Assembly: GCF_037042905.1 (NCBI RefSeq)
Contig: NC_087246.1
Span: 8,992,001-9,056,000 of the forward strand
DNA from: Lytechinus pictus
Taxonomy: Eukaryota
DNA: 64,000 nucleotides
Reading direction: 5' to 3'
Numbering within the stretch: the first letter of the stretch is position 1; every line of letters starts with the position of its first letter. Under the pieces are notes generated by a model that was given only the letters and a program-made list of their open reading frames with translations, had not been told where the DNA came from and made no database searches. Both the position numbers and the translations under genes were made by a program. This document shows positions 27,165 to 42,100 of this stretch, in pieces.

Positions 27165-30100
27165 ATGGCAGACCACGAAGATCTGGAATTCAACCCATTC
27201 TACAAATCTCTTCAGGTTAGGGAAGCTCAGTCATATATTTTGGTGCCTACTGGGTATAGTTTTTAGGTTCTAACCTTATTTACCGGCATTATAAATTTAT
27301 GGTGTGAGTCTGACACGCTCTTTCTTTTCGGTAGCTGACTGACGCGATCGCAACACAACATGAACAACGTCAAGTCAGTCGTGGGCCCGGGGCTGGGGCG
27401 CGGCGCGGCGCATTGACAGGATCCCTGGCCTGGCCTGCGCTGGGGACCAGGCATGCCAGGGGTGATATTCAGAAAACGTTCTTATCTTATTCGTTGAGAT
27501 AAGAAGACGCTAAAATCAACGCAAATCGATATTCTGAAAATCCTCTTAACGTGCATTCTAAATTATCTTTAAAGACTGCCCCCTTCTTAATAATAATATT
27601 CAACATTACATGCCCATTATTTGATATTGATAAAAATATTACCAATGACAATGTTTGATCCAATCAAAATGCGCTTTACTTTTTATTAATTGGCAGTTTA
27701 AACAATAAATAGAAGCATTCCTTAGACTTATGTCATGGACGCTGCATGTACACTCTTTCTGGGCGAAATAGGCATTATAATTTATATAGGGCCTTTTTAT
27801 ATTCTAATCAAATTTGTGTAATCATGATAGGTACCTGTCTCGCTTAACAATGCGAGCGCGAAGCGCGAGCTGAAAACTTAGATAATTCAGACCTGAAGTG
27901 GGGCATTCTAAGTTTTCTTTGCAGGAATTAACCAGGACCATACGTATTTCATTAACCAAATGATGCGAGCGCGAAGCGTGAGCTGAAAATTTTCGATATT
28001 CAGATCAGAAGAAGGGACATTTTAAGGACTGATTTTAGGAATTCATGAAGAGCAGACCTATCTCACCATTCCACGAAAAATGCGAACGTAATCACGGACA
28101 GGAAATGTTTCATATATACGAAGACCTTAACATGGGGCAATCACTTTTGAGTCATGAAAAAAAAGCATATGTCACTACATAAAACAATGATAACTCAAGT
28201 GCTAGGAAATATATTTGGTTTATATTGACTTGAAAACGGGATGTTTTGGTACAACAGGATTATATATCTCGTTAAACAGACAATGCGAGCACCAGGAACA
28301 ATTGAGATGTAGGCCCTGGGCAAATTATGTTTCATAAAGTTATGATAAAAATGTTTCTTATGTAATGTAACTTAACATAATTATAATATAATATAACATT
28401 ATAATGAATAATATTTTCTTCTTTCCCACTACGTTTCTCTTCCTTTCTCCCTCTTTTCTCCTTTTCCCCCTTTCCCCGTTTTTTTTTTTTGTCAGACGAT
28501 GGGGGGGATGTGCCCCCCATGTCCCCCGTAATTACGCCACTGTATGTCCATATGGCAAATACCCCTCCAATATTATTATCTTTTTTGCCCCATGATGGTT
28601 TAATAGTTTATTAGAGATTAAAAGAAAATTGACATTCCATCTTAATCCCTTCCCAAAGACCCCAACATTGATGAATTGGAAGTATTTCATTTGGAAATGG
28701 TGAACTGGCTCTTTATTTGCATTTTATGATTCAATAATATTATTTTATTTGTTAAGCGGTATTTTTGGAAGAATTTTCACCAATAAAGCAATTATCTCTT
28801 GTGATTTTTTTTTCATTTCTTTCGTAAAAAGTGGGGGGATGTTTGTACAGGCCATCCCCCCCTCCTCGAAAAGTGGGGGGGATATATCCCCCCCATCCCC
28901 CCCGGGATTTACGCCAGTGCATTAGTTATGCCCAATAATATGTTTCGGCAATTGGACATAATATTTGACCAAAGGTTATTCTTTTGTTTTACTTTGTTGT
29001 GAGAATGGCACCATGAAAAACCTGACATAATATTTTAAAACTTGTGTTATTCCCATGTTTTTTGCATTACAGCTATGAAACTTGGCTGGATGTTAGTAGA
29101 GATATTATATTTTGCCTTGATGTATGTTTTGCATGGTCAAGGTCATTGATAATAAATTTATGAAATATTAGATCATAATTTTTGCATATTTTTAAATATT
29201 TTTGCCTTTCTGGTCAATTAAAGTGGAAATGTTTAGTTGAATATGCTGTGTAATGCTATTCAAAAGTATGAAAATATATTTTTTGACCACCACCTAGATT
29301 ATTGATGTGTTATTACCTTCTATCGCCTTTTCCCTCTAGAGTTCAACAGGAATTTTAATGCAGATTGAGCTTTATTATGTCATTTATTAGTAAGCACATA
29401 TTTTTTTTTAACCACAGGTGGGAAATTCACATGTTATAACCTTGAACTTGATAATGAAATATGAAATCATAATTTCATCACATTTTTCCCCTTAAGGTCA
29501 ATTATACAGGAATTTTAATGCAGATTGAGCGTTATTATGTCATTTAGCAGTAACAGTAAGCACATGAATTTTTAACCATTTTTTTTTGGTGGAAAATTCA
29601 CATGCATTATGACCTTGAACTTGATTTATGAAATATATGAAATCATAATTCTGTTAGTTAGATCTAGATCTATAGCATTTTAGTTGTTGCTGTAAATGTA
29701 GTTTCCAACTTTCTTTCCCTATTATACTCATTTGATATTATAAAGGGAAGTTTGATTACCTTGGAATTACTTTGATATTTCATTTTCAAAGACAATCATT
29801 GAATGATTGATCAACATTGTTATGATTTTTCTCGTGTTTGAATTGCGCGCTCGACAGAGCAAGAAATTGTTCAAAGAAATGACTGGGACATGTTACTCTG
29901 CCGAGCAAGGCATGGCCAATTATCAATAAAAAAATTGAGAAACTTCATAAATAGCAAGTTTAGCAACAAATGATAATGATAATGCTACGTACCAAAAAAT
30001 ACCGAATACCATTGACGCCTTCTGGGGGTGCCAGCTGAAGATATTCTCTCAACAACCATTTCACTTCTAAGACAGTGACGGACATGGCTTTTTAGGGGGT

Positions 30101-33100
30101 ATGTTAATTTTTCATGTTTATTCATCAGTTCCTTTATAATTATGAGGAGGTTTGACCAATCAGAACGATGCCCTGGGCCTTTGAAAACAACGCATCACAA
30201 GTATGTCTTTCTCAGTTCATTCACAAATCACGTGCCAAAAGCAGACAGCTCGTGAGTGTGTACAAAGTCAATGGGCTCCCATTGACTGTGCGTGGAGAGC
30301 GATCGCGGTCAACGAGAAATGTCTTGTGACTGAAGTCCCTAATGAATGAAAAAAAGAAAGAAAGAGAAAATGAACGAATAAAAAAGTGTAAAAAGTGAAG
30401 GAAGAGAGAAAAAAGGAAAATGAAACAGAAATAAATAGAGAGAAAAGATGAAAGGAAAATAAAAATCTAAAGAAAGATAAAAGGAAAGAAAGGTAAATTC
30501 AAAGAAAAAAAAAGAATGAAAAGGGAAAATAAAAAGGCAGGAAAAGTGAAGATTGAATGAAACAACAAAAAAAGAAAACAAACAAAAATTAATGGAAATA
30601 ATAAAGAAAAAGATTTTGAAAAAATAATAGAAGAAAGACAGAGAAAAATGAAGAAAGAGAGTAAATAAAGAATGAACAAAAAAAGAATGAGTGAAAGAAA
30701 GAATAACAAAGAAAGAAAGTAAATAAGACACAAAAGTGTCAGAAAGCAAAAATAAAAAAAATGAAAGAAAGAACAATAGAATGAACGAAAACAGAGAAAA
30801 AGAGAAAAATAATAATAAAAGAAAGAAAACAGAAAAATAAATGGAAATTGATTAAAAATTTAAGGGAAGGAAGAAAGAAAGAAAAAAGGGATAGAAAAAA
30901 GAGACGGGCAAAATAAAGGGTGAATGAAAGAAAGGGTAGAAAGAATGCTTGTTACTACCAGTGGCCATCGATTTTAAAGAATGCGAACATTGTAAGATGT
31001 GATAACCCTCTAGCTATCTTATCGTAAATATCGTGAAAGATAAGAACGTTTTCATAATACCTCTTATCTTCATTTTGTTCTTATCATATGCGCAAGTAAT
31101 AAATTTATGCGCTCAGCATAGGATGGAAAGCAAGATAAGAAAAAGATAAGAACATTTTCAGAATACTGCCCCAGCTGGGGCTGGGTAGCCAGGACTGGAG
31201 GCTCCTAGTAGTAGCATGCCTAATCTAGAGAGTAAAAATCATTCACTCATGTGTGCTTGATATGTTACTCTCCACGAAGCCAGGTTGCGAAGTTGGCTCA
31301 GTCGGTAAAGTGTCTGCCTGTCGAACCAAAGATCGTGGGTTCGAGTCCACCCCGGGCGGATGACTGAAGCCAGTGCGTTGTGTGTAAACGTCTCTCCCCT
31401 GTTCCATAGATGCAGGCTATTTTACAGGGAAAACACTCCATCCCTTGGATAGGACGTTAAATGGAGGTCCCGTGTAGAGGAGAGTCACCACCTTTGCACG
31501 TTAACCCACTGCACTATTCGAATAAGAGTAGGGGGAAACCTCGGTGTAGTGGTCCACCTGCAATCCCCAATCAGATATCGAGAGGTGAGCATCTTCTCTC
31601 TCCGTGCCATCAACATCTGCGCACTTCCTGCCCGGTTGGCTCCTACTGTGGGGTTTTGGTCTATATACCCAAAAAAGAAGAAGAAGAAGGGATTGTGCCT
31701 ATATGTGCGCACAGCTCAGTCAGGATGGGAAAAATTCCAATTTTCGCCACGCCATCATGTCATCGGCGATCGCCAATGCCAAATTTCCCTGTCATGCAGA
31801 TCTAACGTTAGAAAATGCGGGGACCTAAACTAAAGCTACACACTTTGTTTACAAACGATAAAAACTGTGCCAAGTTTAATGAAATTTATCTTTCACTAAT
31901 TTGTGGTAAATATTCTTAAGATCCTTGTCCTTGCTTGAGTAGAACATTCTAAGTAGAAAATATCACAAAACTCACTGATACGAAAATCCTGCTGTGTTTT
32001 CTGAACACCCCTTGAATTGATTTCGCTGCCCAACTAGAAGGGGTCCTAAGCTATGCACTCAATTTATCATGCAAAAAAACAGTATTTCCTGTGCCTCAAA
32101 TATCTAAAATATGTTCATATTATTGGAAAATACGAAATTAAAGTGAATAACTCAAAAATTCCAAACAGTTGCTGGTTTTCTTTGCAGTTGATGATTTATT
32201 GGCTTGCAGCCTCTGTAGGAAAATTGAGTAGGAATCGTTTGTCACTCTGCAGTCATTTTTGTCTCACCTGCATAGCAGAGCGAGATTGTCTATAGGCGCC
32301 GCTTTTCCGATGCCGGCAGCGGCGTCGGCAACATTGAAATCTTAACCAGTCCAAGGTTAAGTTTTTTAAACGGTACATGCATACTTTATAAACATGCATA
32401 TACATACATATACACATACTTACAATGCAATGTTTAGGAACATTCTAATACAAAGATTTAAAATAAATCTTTGCATTTTCTCATATTAATATTAAGGCAT
32501 CTGAGACATGTACATGTAAATACATGTATAAATTCTCATATATGTTTCAGAGGCTCCAGATTTTCTTTGCCATACTATTATAAGCTTTAAGCTATGTCAT
32601 CCAAAGACCATAAGATAAATTGGTGAACAGACCATCCTTTAGATTCTGAGGAAGTGGTATAGTGTTATTACCACAATTGACTAGATTAGGATGAACATAT
32701 TGGTAATAGAGAAGGTTTATGTGAATTGTGAAATATACACAACAAAAAAAGTAAGTCCCCCTAAATCAACATGCTGTAAGTATTGAACTGAATAATTTTG
32801 AGATATAATATTTCGTAGGTGGTTTTGTACACTCATTAAGCAATGAGATTGATCAGTTGGGTCATGCATGAGTAATCAAAGATTGAATTAAAAATGACAA
32901 TTTTTGAAAGTCACAAGAGTTGTTTTTCAGATTGTGTAAATACAAACATGACAAAGTTGGGCACAGGTTGTTTTTTTTTGTCGCTCAACGATGAAAGTGT
33001 AGAAAGTTCGGAAAGTATGTGGTAATAAAAATGATGGATGAAACAACACCAAATAAGTTACATTTAAAACCAAATTTGCCCCCATTTTTCACTTTATAAC

Positions 33101-36100
33101 CCATCAAAATGAGTCAGTGACCTTTGAGGCGTGCTCACTCATCCATAAATAAACAAATCAATTTCATTTTTGCATAGAATTCTGCCCCCATAGGTCAATA
33201 AACATTACTGCCAATGATACTGCTAAGGACAGCTTTGAAAAAAAGTTCCACCATATTGAATAAGGGGTTACTTATTCTCAAACATATGCACCCATAGTGT
33301 ACACAATGTCTATGAGAGAGGAAGTCAAAATTTTAACAAAAGTGAAATAAGGGTTTTATAGACGGTTTTTGTTACTTCTGCCAATAGTTTTCTCATGAAA
33401 CTTCGCACATGGCTTCAGAGTGGCACTATCCAAAAGGTGCGTACACCAAAATAACCATTCGATACGGCATAGAGTGGGGCCAAGGCCTTGAACTTTCTTC
33501 TCATTTGCATAATTTTCTAATATTGTGTGCTCACTGAAGCATTTAACATCGGGATTTTTTAAAAATCAAATCAAATTAAGTATGCAAGAAGGTTTGTGAC
33601 AGATATCCATACTTAGTAATACTTAGCAATAATGTAAAAAAGAGCTAATCACATTCCTCATGTTCATTCAAGCGTGAATGTTTAATTAAACGCCTCTGAA
33701 TCTTTGAAACATGATAATTGGTCTGGAACATCATGAAACAGGTTGAGAAAACATAATTTCAGTTACCAAATTGAAGCATTACTTGCCAATGATATTTTAA
33801 AATCGTATTTTTTTTTTTCAGTGAATGTTCATTGAGCCGTGAAATGATGAATATTGTTGAAGATTCTCTTCCCATAAATAATTGTCATCATATTCAATCA
33901 TTTTCATTGATAGAAATGTAAAAAAATTGCAATGATAGCAAATTTTGACTGTGTTTATTCAACCGTAAAATTTAGCCAAAAAAGTTGTATCGTCTTTTAG
34001 AAAATATCTTTTACAAGCCATCCGACTATTCTTCATGGTGAGAATGTGGAACTTTTAAAAAGTGACAATTTTGCCTTCTGGCGGTGCTCACTGAAGTATG
34101 ACATAAGATACATCCGTAACATTCACTAAGAGGGTAGCTTATAAAATTACTTTCACGCTCATGTAAAAATATATTAAAAACTCCCAGTGGTTTGGAAATA
34201 ATGGATGTTTGTTCAAGGGGGGACTTACTTTTTTTGTTGTGTATATTTTAAGCAACATCTAATTGCATATTTCCAAGACGGGCATGAATACTGAATAAAG
34301 GGTTCTCATTCTCCTTTCATTTATTATGTACTTTACTGCATACTTTAATAGTTTTGATGGAAATTGTGAATATAAATATTTTCAGTCAAGTTTGTCAAGT
34401 CCCTATGAGCTCTTGGTAATAAAGACTTAGTATTTAGTAATTGGCATTAACCTTTTTAGTAACCATGAAATACTGAAGTAGTAGTTCTAATAATTTTAAG
34501 TCCTAGTAAAAGTAACAAAACACAATTTGAGTAATATAATTTACATCAATTTATCTAGAATGCGGTTTTGGGGGACACACATTAGCAATACAGATTGACA
34601 CAGCCCTATCATTACTGTAGATAACGTGATTGTGACATTTTGTACATTAATTTCTTCTCAAATACAGGATGGTCAGACTATATGTAAAAAATGTGACCAG
34701 CCACCCCCAAAACATATCATTAGTCACCAGGGAAGGTTCTATGTAAATAGCCAAAATAGTAAGTTGGTCTTCCAAAAACAAAAATAAGACTAAATAACTT
34801 TTCGGAGAGAGTAATTCTTCTTCTTAATACTGTAAAAATTTCAAGTTGTAAAATTAGATAGAAAACCTGATAAAATAGTCTGTTTTACACAGGTGTTTCA
34901 GGACTGCTTGGGAGTTTCTCTGAGATTGCACAGTATCTGCATCTCATGATTGAGTGGAGCCCAAACTTTAAATATTTTTCTTTATTTTTTCTTCTGCATT
35001 CAATCTCGGTTATTGTCGATTAATTTTGACAAGTTATATACCTTTTTGAAGTTTAAGATGTGCTTTTTCAAACTCGATAAAAATCTCCTAATTCATTTTT
35101 GGCAACTTATACGTGTAGTTGGTTTTGGGTGGCTGATCACAAATTATCTACATGTTCATATTAATGTTAATCCCATTAACTTTCTAAAATCAAATTACTT
35201 TCTGTGACAGATGTGTTGTATCTGTTTGCCATGAAGGACTTTTATTTCAGTTAAATTCTACATGTAGGCTATACAAAAGCTGCTCACAATTTCTATTTAT
35301 ATTAGATTTCAATTGCCAGGATATTTGATTTTTGTTTCTAAAAGAATATTAAGTTTTCAAAGGTATGTGGATGTATTTTAGAATGTGATTTGATACCAGG
35401 ATACCATTTGTTAATACTGTAGAGCTTACAACGTATATCTTCATTTAAAAAGTGGGAAGAAAACCAAGTGCCAAAGATTTGATTTGATCAGATTTCTTTG
35501 GGATTTGTGTTTATAGTAATTAGCCTTCATGAAGTAGTAAATACATGTATACAATAAATTTTTCTTTCCTCTTCCTCTTGGAAGACATGTAATTTTAAAC
35601 ACTTTGTTCTTAAAATTCAAATTTGTGTTGAATTTTAAAAACTCATTGTATTTTTTTGAAAACTTTAAATACCTCAAAGTACATTTAATTTGTGAATGAA
35701 AAATGGCAAATGAATCATATTGTTCAGGGGAAAAAATTGTCATTTTAGTAATAACATAAAAAGTAGATTAAGGTCAAGAACAGAGAGAAATGAAGAATTT
35801 AGACAAGTATTGATGTGTTTTCAGTAGAAATGTTTATAAAAATCCATTTTGAAATATTGACCTTGAATTTTGAAAATTACACCCTTGATCATAAAAAGGA
35901 CCTCATGCAAAGTTTTGTAAAATAAAAATGTGACCAGCCACCCCAAATCCAACAATTAGTCACCAGGGAAGGTTCTCTGTAAGTAGCCAAAATAGTTATT
36001 TGGTATTTGAAAAGCAAAAAATAAAATGAAAATCAGCTTATTTGTCAAAATGTCAAGCTTAATAGTTGAATAGAAAACAAGACACAAGAATTTATTTGAC

Positions 36101-39100
36101 AACAGTTTTCGTGGACAGCTTGAAGTTTTACATAGATTGCACAGTGTGCACATCTCATGGTTGAGTGAACTCGAACTTTAAACATTGCTTTCTCCTTATT
36201 TTCTAAAACTCTCACACAATTTATAAATATAAAATTCGGTATTCAATCAAGAACTCCTCTGGATTATTATTGATCAATTTTGACAAGTTTTATATCACTT
36301 TAAAGTTGATGTGCTTCATAATCAAACTCAACTAAAATCTCAAAATGTATTTTGGGTGACTTAGTGTTGGTTTTGGTCACATATTTAGGATGCAATTCTG
36401 ACTGCCAGGTTTTAAGGCCTGTCCTCATTTGGAAAGTGGTAACTTTAGCCATTAGATTTTATGAAGTTTGTTTGCACTGCATGGAATTATAAGAAATGTA
36501 ATAGTTTGATTTCTTGTAGAAACCTAGATGACCTTTCGCAGTTCTTAAATATTTTAAATGGACAAATTTTGCACTTATATCTAATATATAGCATTCTAAA
36601 TGCTATGGTGTCTCCTCTTTCCTCATCATGGAATAGGATAGTTTCATGCAAGAAAGAAATTTACAAGTACTTCAGAGTAAATTAAATAATAGATTGAATT
36701 GTAAAAAAAATGTAAAGTAATCTATAAATGTAATTAAATGTAATTGAAGTCAATTACAATTATTACAATTACTCAAACATTGTAATTAGTTGTGTAAATA
36801 ATCAATTACTTTGTATGAGCCCACCCTGCTGTATTATATACTTGGTTAAGCTGCGTAGTAATGTTTTCGTCTAATGCATTAATGCACAGCTTAAAACATA
36901 ATTTAGGTATGAGCCAGACTTTATGAAGTCAGGAATGGGCGAGACTGAATCTGCCTCGATTGTCTTGTATGTTTTTATTATTGTTAAAGTTGAGAATTCT
37001 GATACTATTTACAGTCTGGATACAGGAGCCAATTTGAAGATGCTCAGGCCAAGAGATTCCTTGTATGTATACCGCAGACTGCTTCATTGGTGGGAGTCAA
37101 CATAAACAACAACTTTCTTGGTAAGCTTTGATAAAGGTTGTATTTTTACAGCCATTTCCAGGGGAGTTCACAGGGTACGGTTAGGATAAAAATTAATTAT
37201 TTTATTCTCATTTTTAAAAGTAGTTGTGAAGGGTTTAAAAGAATTATGCAAGATAGTTCTGAAGGGATACTTTGTATTTGAAGAAAAAAACAATGTATAC
37301 AATTTTTTATGTGGTGGTTCCATTCAAAATGTGAGTGTATTATCGCTATAGTTTTATTGCTAGTACTATGCAGTATCATTTATCAAATAAACAAGTAGGA
37401 GATATCTAAGTAATACAGGGCTTGTGAATCTTGATCAAAGGTTATGCCACTGAATTTGACTGAAATGCATATATATATATATATATTTTCTTGTCTGGTT
37501 CTCTTATCTCTAATTTACAGAGACTCATCTTCTGAAGCCATCCCCTATGCTAAAAGAGTAAGGTTTTCAGTTTTTTACTTTTCGTTTATTTACCATTTTG
37601 GAAACCGATATTTAATATTCTACAAAATAGGCATACATGCAGCACTGTGGTATTGAAACATATATTATGAAAGCAGGGGTATACTTGCTGAGTGTGTGTT
37701 TTTATTGGCATATTATCTGAAAAAAACTGTATTTAAACCATGGTCTAAACCAGTTATTTAACTCTTTTTTCTATTTTAACATAATATTTGTCTGAATTTG
37801 GTAGATGTTTTTGCTATTAAAGCAATAGAATGCATCCTAGTAAACATACATAAGTGTAAACTAAGTGATAATATTTGCTTTCCTTATTTTTTGACCAAAC
37901 TTGAAATAACCTTTTTTTTAATACCTGAAATAACACACTACTTTGAATGGTTTTTATAGTCAATATGTTGAGTAGATTGCTGTTTATATGAATCAATCCT
38001 TTTTGTCTTGCCTTTTATCGTAGTCACTACATCAGTACAGATAAGAATGGTTCAAAAACAATTATTGTAGACGAGGCCTTTATCTTAACAACAGAAGGCT
38101 TCAGCCAACCAGGAAGAATACGCATACTATCAGAGGAGTTGGGTTATAATAAGGTAAAGTTAAGAGAAAGAAAGGAAATTGAAACTAAAATGTTAAGCTC
38201 TGGAAAAAATAGATGGCCAATGGCACCTTCACAAAAAATGTTTTAGCATCCATGAAATATTTATGGATACTTCTTTAATAAGTAATCACAATCAGCAACT
38301 TCTCACTTCTAATTTCATACTCTATGCATTTCATTATACCCTCGCCACACAAAGTGTGAAGGGATATATAGGAATCAGTGTACGGTCAGTCGATCCGTTG
38401 CAAATCTTGCACATCACACTACTTCCTCAATTTTTAACAAATTCTCTTGAAATTTGAAACACTGATTAGTCTTGGGGTGAAGGTGTGCAAGACACTTTTT
38501 TTCGCACTTGTTGAAAATTATGTCGTTATGATAACGAGATATGCCAAAAATTAGGTGAAAATATTACAATTCAAACAACTTCCTCAGTTTTTACCCAAAC
38601 ATTTGTTTAAGGTAAAGATATGCAAGACATGTATGTATTTTGCATGTGTCAGTAAATTTTTGTTGCCCTGGTAAACAATGAATTATACACTGTCTGGCAA
38701 AATTTGGGTAAAAATCTTCCAATTTGAATTACTTCATCACTTTTCAACCAATCCTCATAAAATTTGGATTAGAGGTAAAGATGTGTGAGACACATATTTT
38801 GTGTGTGTCAGAAATTGTGTTACTATGGGAACAACATATTACATGCCTAAAAGTAGGTAAAATCCTTGCAGTCCGTACTACTTCATTAGTTTTCAACCAA
38901 TTCTCATGTAATTTTGCTCACACATTGGTCTTGAGGCAAAGATGTGCAGAACATTTTTTTCCATGTGTCAGAAATTGTGTTGCCATGGTAACAATGTACA
39001 GTGGGGGTATTTATCACCTTCAAAGATAGTTCTAGTTTAAATCAGCAACTGTTATTATTATTCTTATGTATGGATGTGATAATTATATTATATTTGGTGT

Positions 39101-42100
39101 CTCAGAATTGAATACCAGAAATATTTGAAGAATTAGGGCAAATCGCAGATGAGTGGTATATTGGCTCTAACAAATGGAATATTTCTGGTATTCCATGAAA
39201 TAAAGCCATCCGATATAATTATTATCTATCCCACCCCCCCCCCCAAAAAAAAAGAGAGAAAAAAATATTGCTTGAACAAGTCATGTCACTTACCACAATC
39301 ATTTAATATGGCATCACTTCATAAGGTCATTGTATAAATGCATTCATTCATTGTTTTATGTGTTGTATATTTCGCACACTAGCGCATGTGCTTTAGATTA
39401 TTGAATACAGTCTCATATTCAACAGCACGTTTTTTACAGGAGCCTATGGGATATTCGTAGGATATTGGTCCTTTTTGGACATAGTCTCGTATTGAACAGG
39501 CAACTGATGCAGACCAAAATATGTGTTTTAATGCATCACTTAAGCACTCTATATACTTGTAGATAATAATGTTGGTTTCTGACATTTTGTTTATTTATTT
39601 CTGAGTATAAGAGGGAAGGAGTATGAACATTAAAAGAACTGATATCATAATTCTAATTTAGTTTAATTTGAAAGACACCAAATTCACTTAAAAGTAGGAG
39701 CTCGAGATGTACCTTTTCTGTGATAAGTCTCATTATACCCCTACTTAACACTTCTCTTTGTTTCAGGATTACAAGCCATTCAAGATGTTGATTATTGAGA
39801 AGCCTTTGGAAGGTGCAGTCAAGGTGCATATAAACATTCATTTTCAGGAAATGCACTGATTTTTATTAAGAGTCAGTTCCCTCTAGTATTAAAAATGCTT
39901 CCCCTATTGAGAATACATGGATTTTTTTTCATTCTGACAATACAATTAATTTGACTATAGGCGCCGCTTTTCCAATGGCGGCGGCGTCGTCAACATCAAA
40001 TCTTAACCGAAGGTTAAGTATTTGATGTGACAGTATAACTTAGAAAATATATGGACCTAGTTCATGAAACTTGGCCATAAGGGTAATCAAATATTACTAA
40101 ACATCCTATCCGAGTTTCAGGTCACATGACCAAGTTCAAAGGTCATAGGGTCAATGAACATTGGCCATGTTGGGAGTATTTGTTTAATTACCATCATAAC
40201 TTTGAAAGTGTATGGATATTGTTCATAAAACTTGCACAGAGGTGTAATCAAGTATCACTGAACATTCTGTGTGAGTTTCAGGTCACATGATCAAAGTCAA
40301 AGGTCATTTTTAATAAGGCCAATTAACTTTTGCCATGTTTGAGGTACTTGTAATTGTTAAATTGCTGTCATAATTTTGAAAGTTTATGGATATAGTTTAT
40401 GAAATGTGGACGTTAAGGGGTATAAATCAAGTATCACTGACAAGTCTTGGGTCACATGATCAAGGTCAAATGTCATTTAGGGTCAATGAAGATAGTATTA
40501 TATCATTATCTGATTGGTGTTTTTTGTGAATAATTATTTTATAGTAGTTTTCAAAAGTCAGCACTGCTGCTATATTGAATCACATAATGCAGGTGAGACA
40601 GCCAGAGACACTCCACTTGTTAATTAATCTTATGGGCTCTAACTATTTATTTTCAAGTTTTTGAAATTTGAATTTTTAATTCAGTTTTAAATGGTTGGTT
40701 GGAAGGTACATGTAGCAGCCAGATAGGAGAGCAACCTCTTATGAGTGATCAACCTTAAAAAATACCATGTGATCATACACACAAGATAAGATATATTATT
40801 TACCTAAGATATAGGTAAAGCTGGCTGAGTCGGTAGAGCGGGTGTTTTGAATACGGTGACCCAGCTTCAGTTCTCACTTGCTGCGCTCATGCCCTTCTGT
40901 AAAGGCAAACAGGTCCTTCAAAGTGGGCCTTAAACCTTTGGTCCTCTGGTCGCTTGCTTGCAAGCATTCATGATTTCTTAATAGCAATCAGGTTAAAAAT
41001 CACTATCATGTATACATAATTGAATCAACACTGATTATATTTCAAAGGGAGACTAAACATTGATAGTATGGAAAGCCATATGACATAATTTATAATGATA
41101 TGTTGGTATTTGTATGTTGCAGGGAAGGAGAGGATCTGCAGGATTATCTGATGAGTTTCTTACTCCCAGAACAAGGTTTCTTGAGTAAGTATTTGAGATA
41201 AGATAATGGTAGAATTATTCTTGTTTATTGAATTCTGAGTATATGGTAGTGGTAATGTCTGAATTAAGAATTGCTGGTAAAAGATTTCTGATGACTTTGT
41301 CTTTTTATTCTAAAGGGAAATATATTTTGTTTTCATACGATGGTAAATTCAATTGTTTGGAAAACCGATTTATGAATAAACAATTTCATCAACTTTCACA
41401 TACTGAAATTTTCTTTTGTGATAATTACGAGATTTGAGATGACCGGGGTTTATGGGCATTGTTAACAAGGTCATTGGCAGAGCAAGGTATATTGCCAAAC
41501 AGCCATGAACTACCATCTAAAGAGGCGGTTACACAACACTTGCTCCGGGCTTTGTTTCGTCAAAGAAAAAGGGTTAGGGTTACAATAGGGTTTTATGTTG
41601 TGTTTACAGAGCTGCCAACTATTAAGAAAAATTCATAATTATGATTTTCATGTCAAATTATGCCAATTGCTTTTGACCTTACGGTAATTATTACTCTTTT
41701 GAGGGCAAATAAGTATGTTAACATGTAATAATGTATAGTACATTGGTCAGTGGTGAACTCATCTGGAGGCAGCGAGTGATGAACATTATTTGCATGATTG
41801 TTTATTTTTGTTTACGTCCCTCTGACTTTTGAGCTTCTGGATTACTACTTTTTTACTTTAAAAAGGTTGGGAGCTCTGGGTTTAGTGTTAGGTTTAGGAT
41901 AGGGTATAGTGTTCAGGGTTGAAGTTAGTCATTCCATTAATGTGTAGAGCGGAGCAAGTGTCGCCAGAGCAAATGTCTTGGAACCAGACAGGCAATAGAT
42001 GATCATTCCTTTAGAGATGGAAGCTCTTAATGTGATGCAAGTTTTATGGACAAATATATTTATACGTCTTCTCTATTAAATCAACATCTTACAAACATCC

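Noticed and set aside
30339..30776. Phe/Leu-rich membrane-protein-like ORFs
   Set aside because: Artefact of the purine-rich low-complexity tract.
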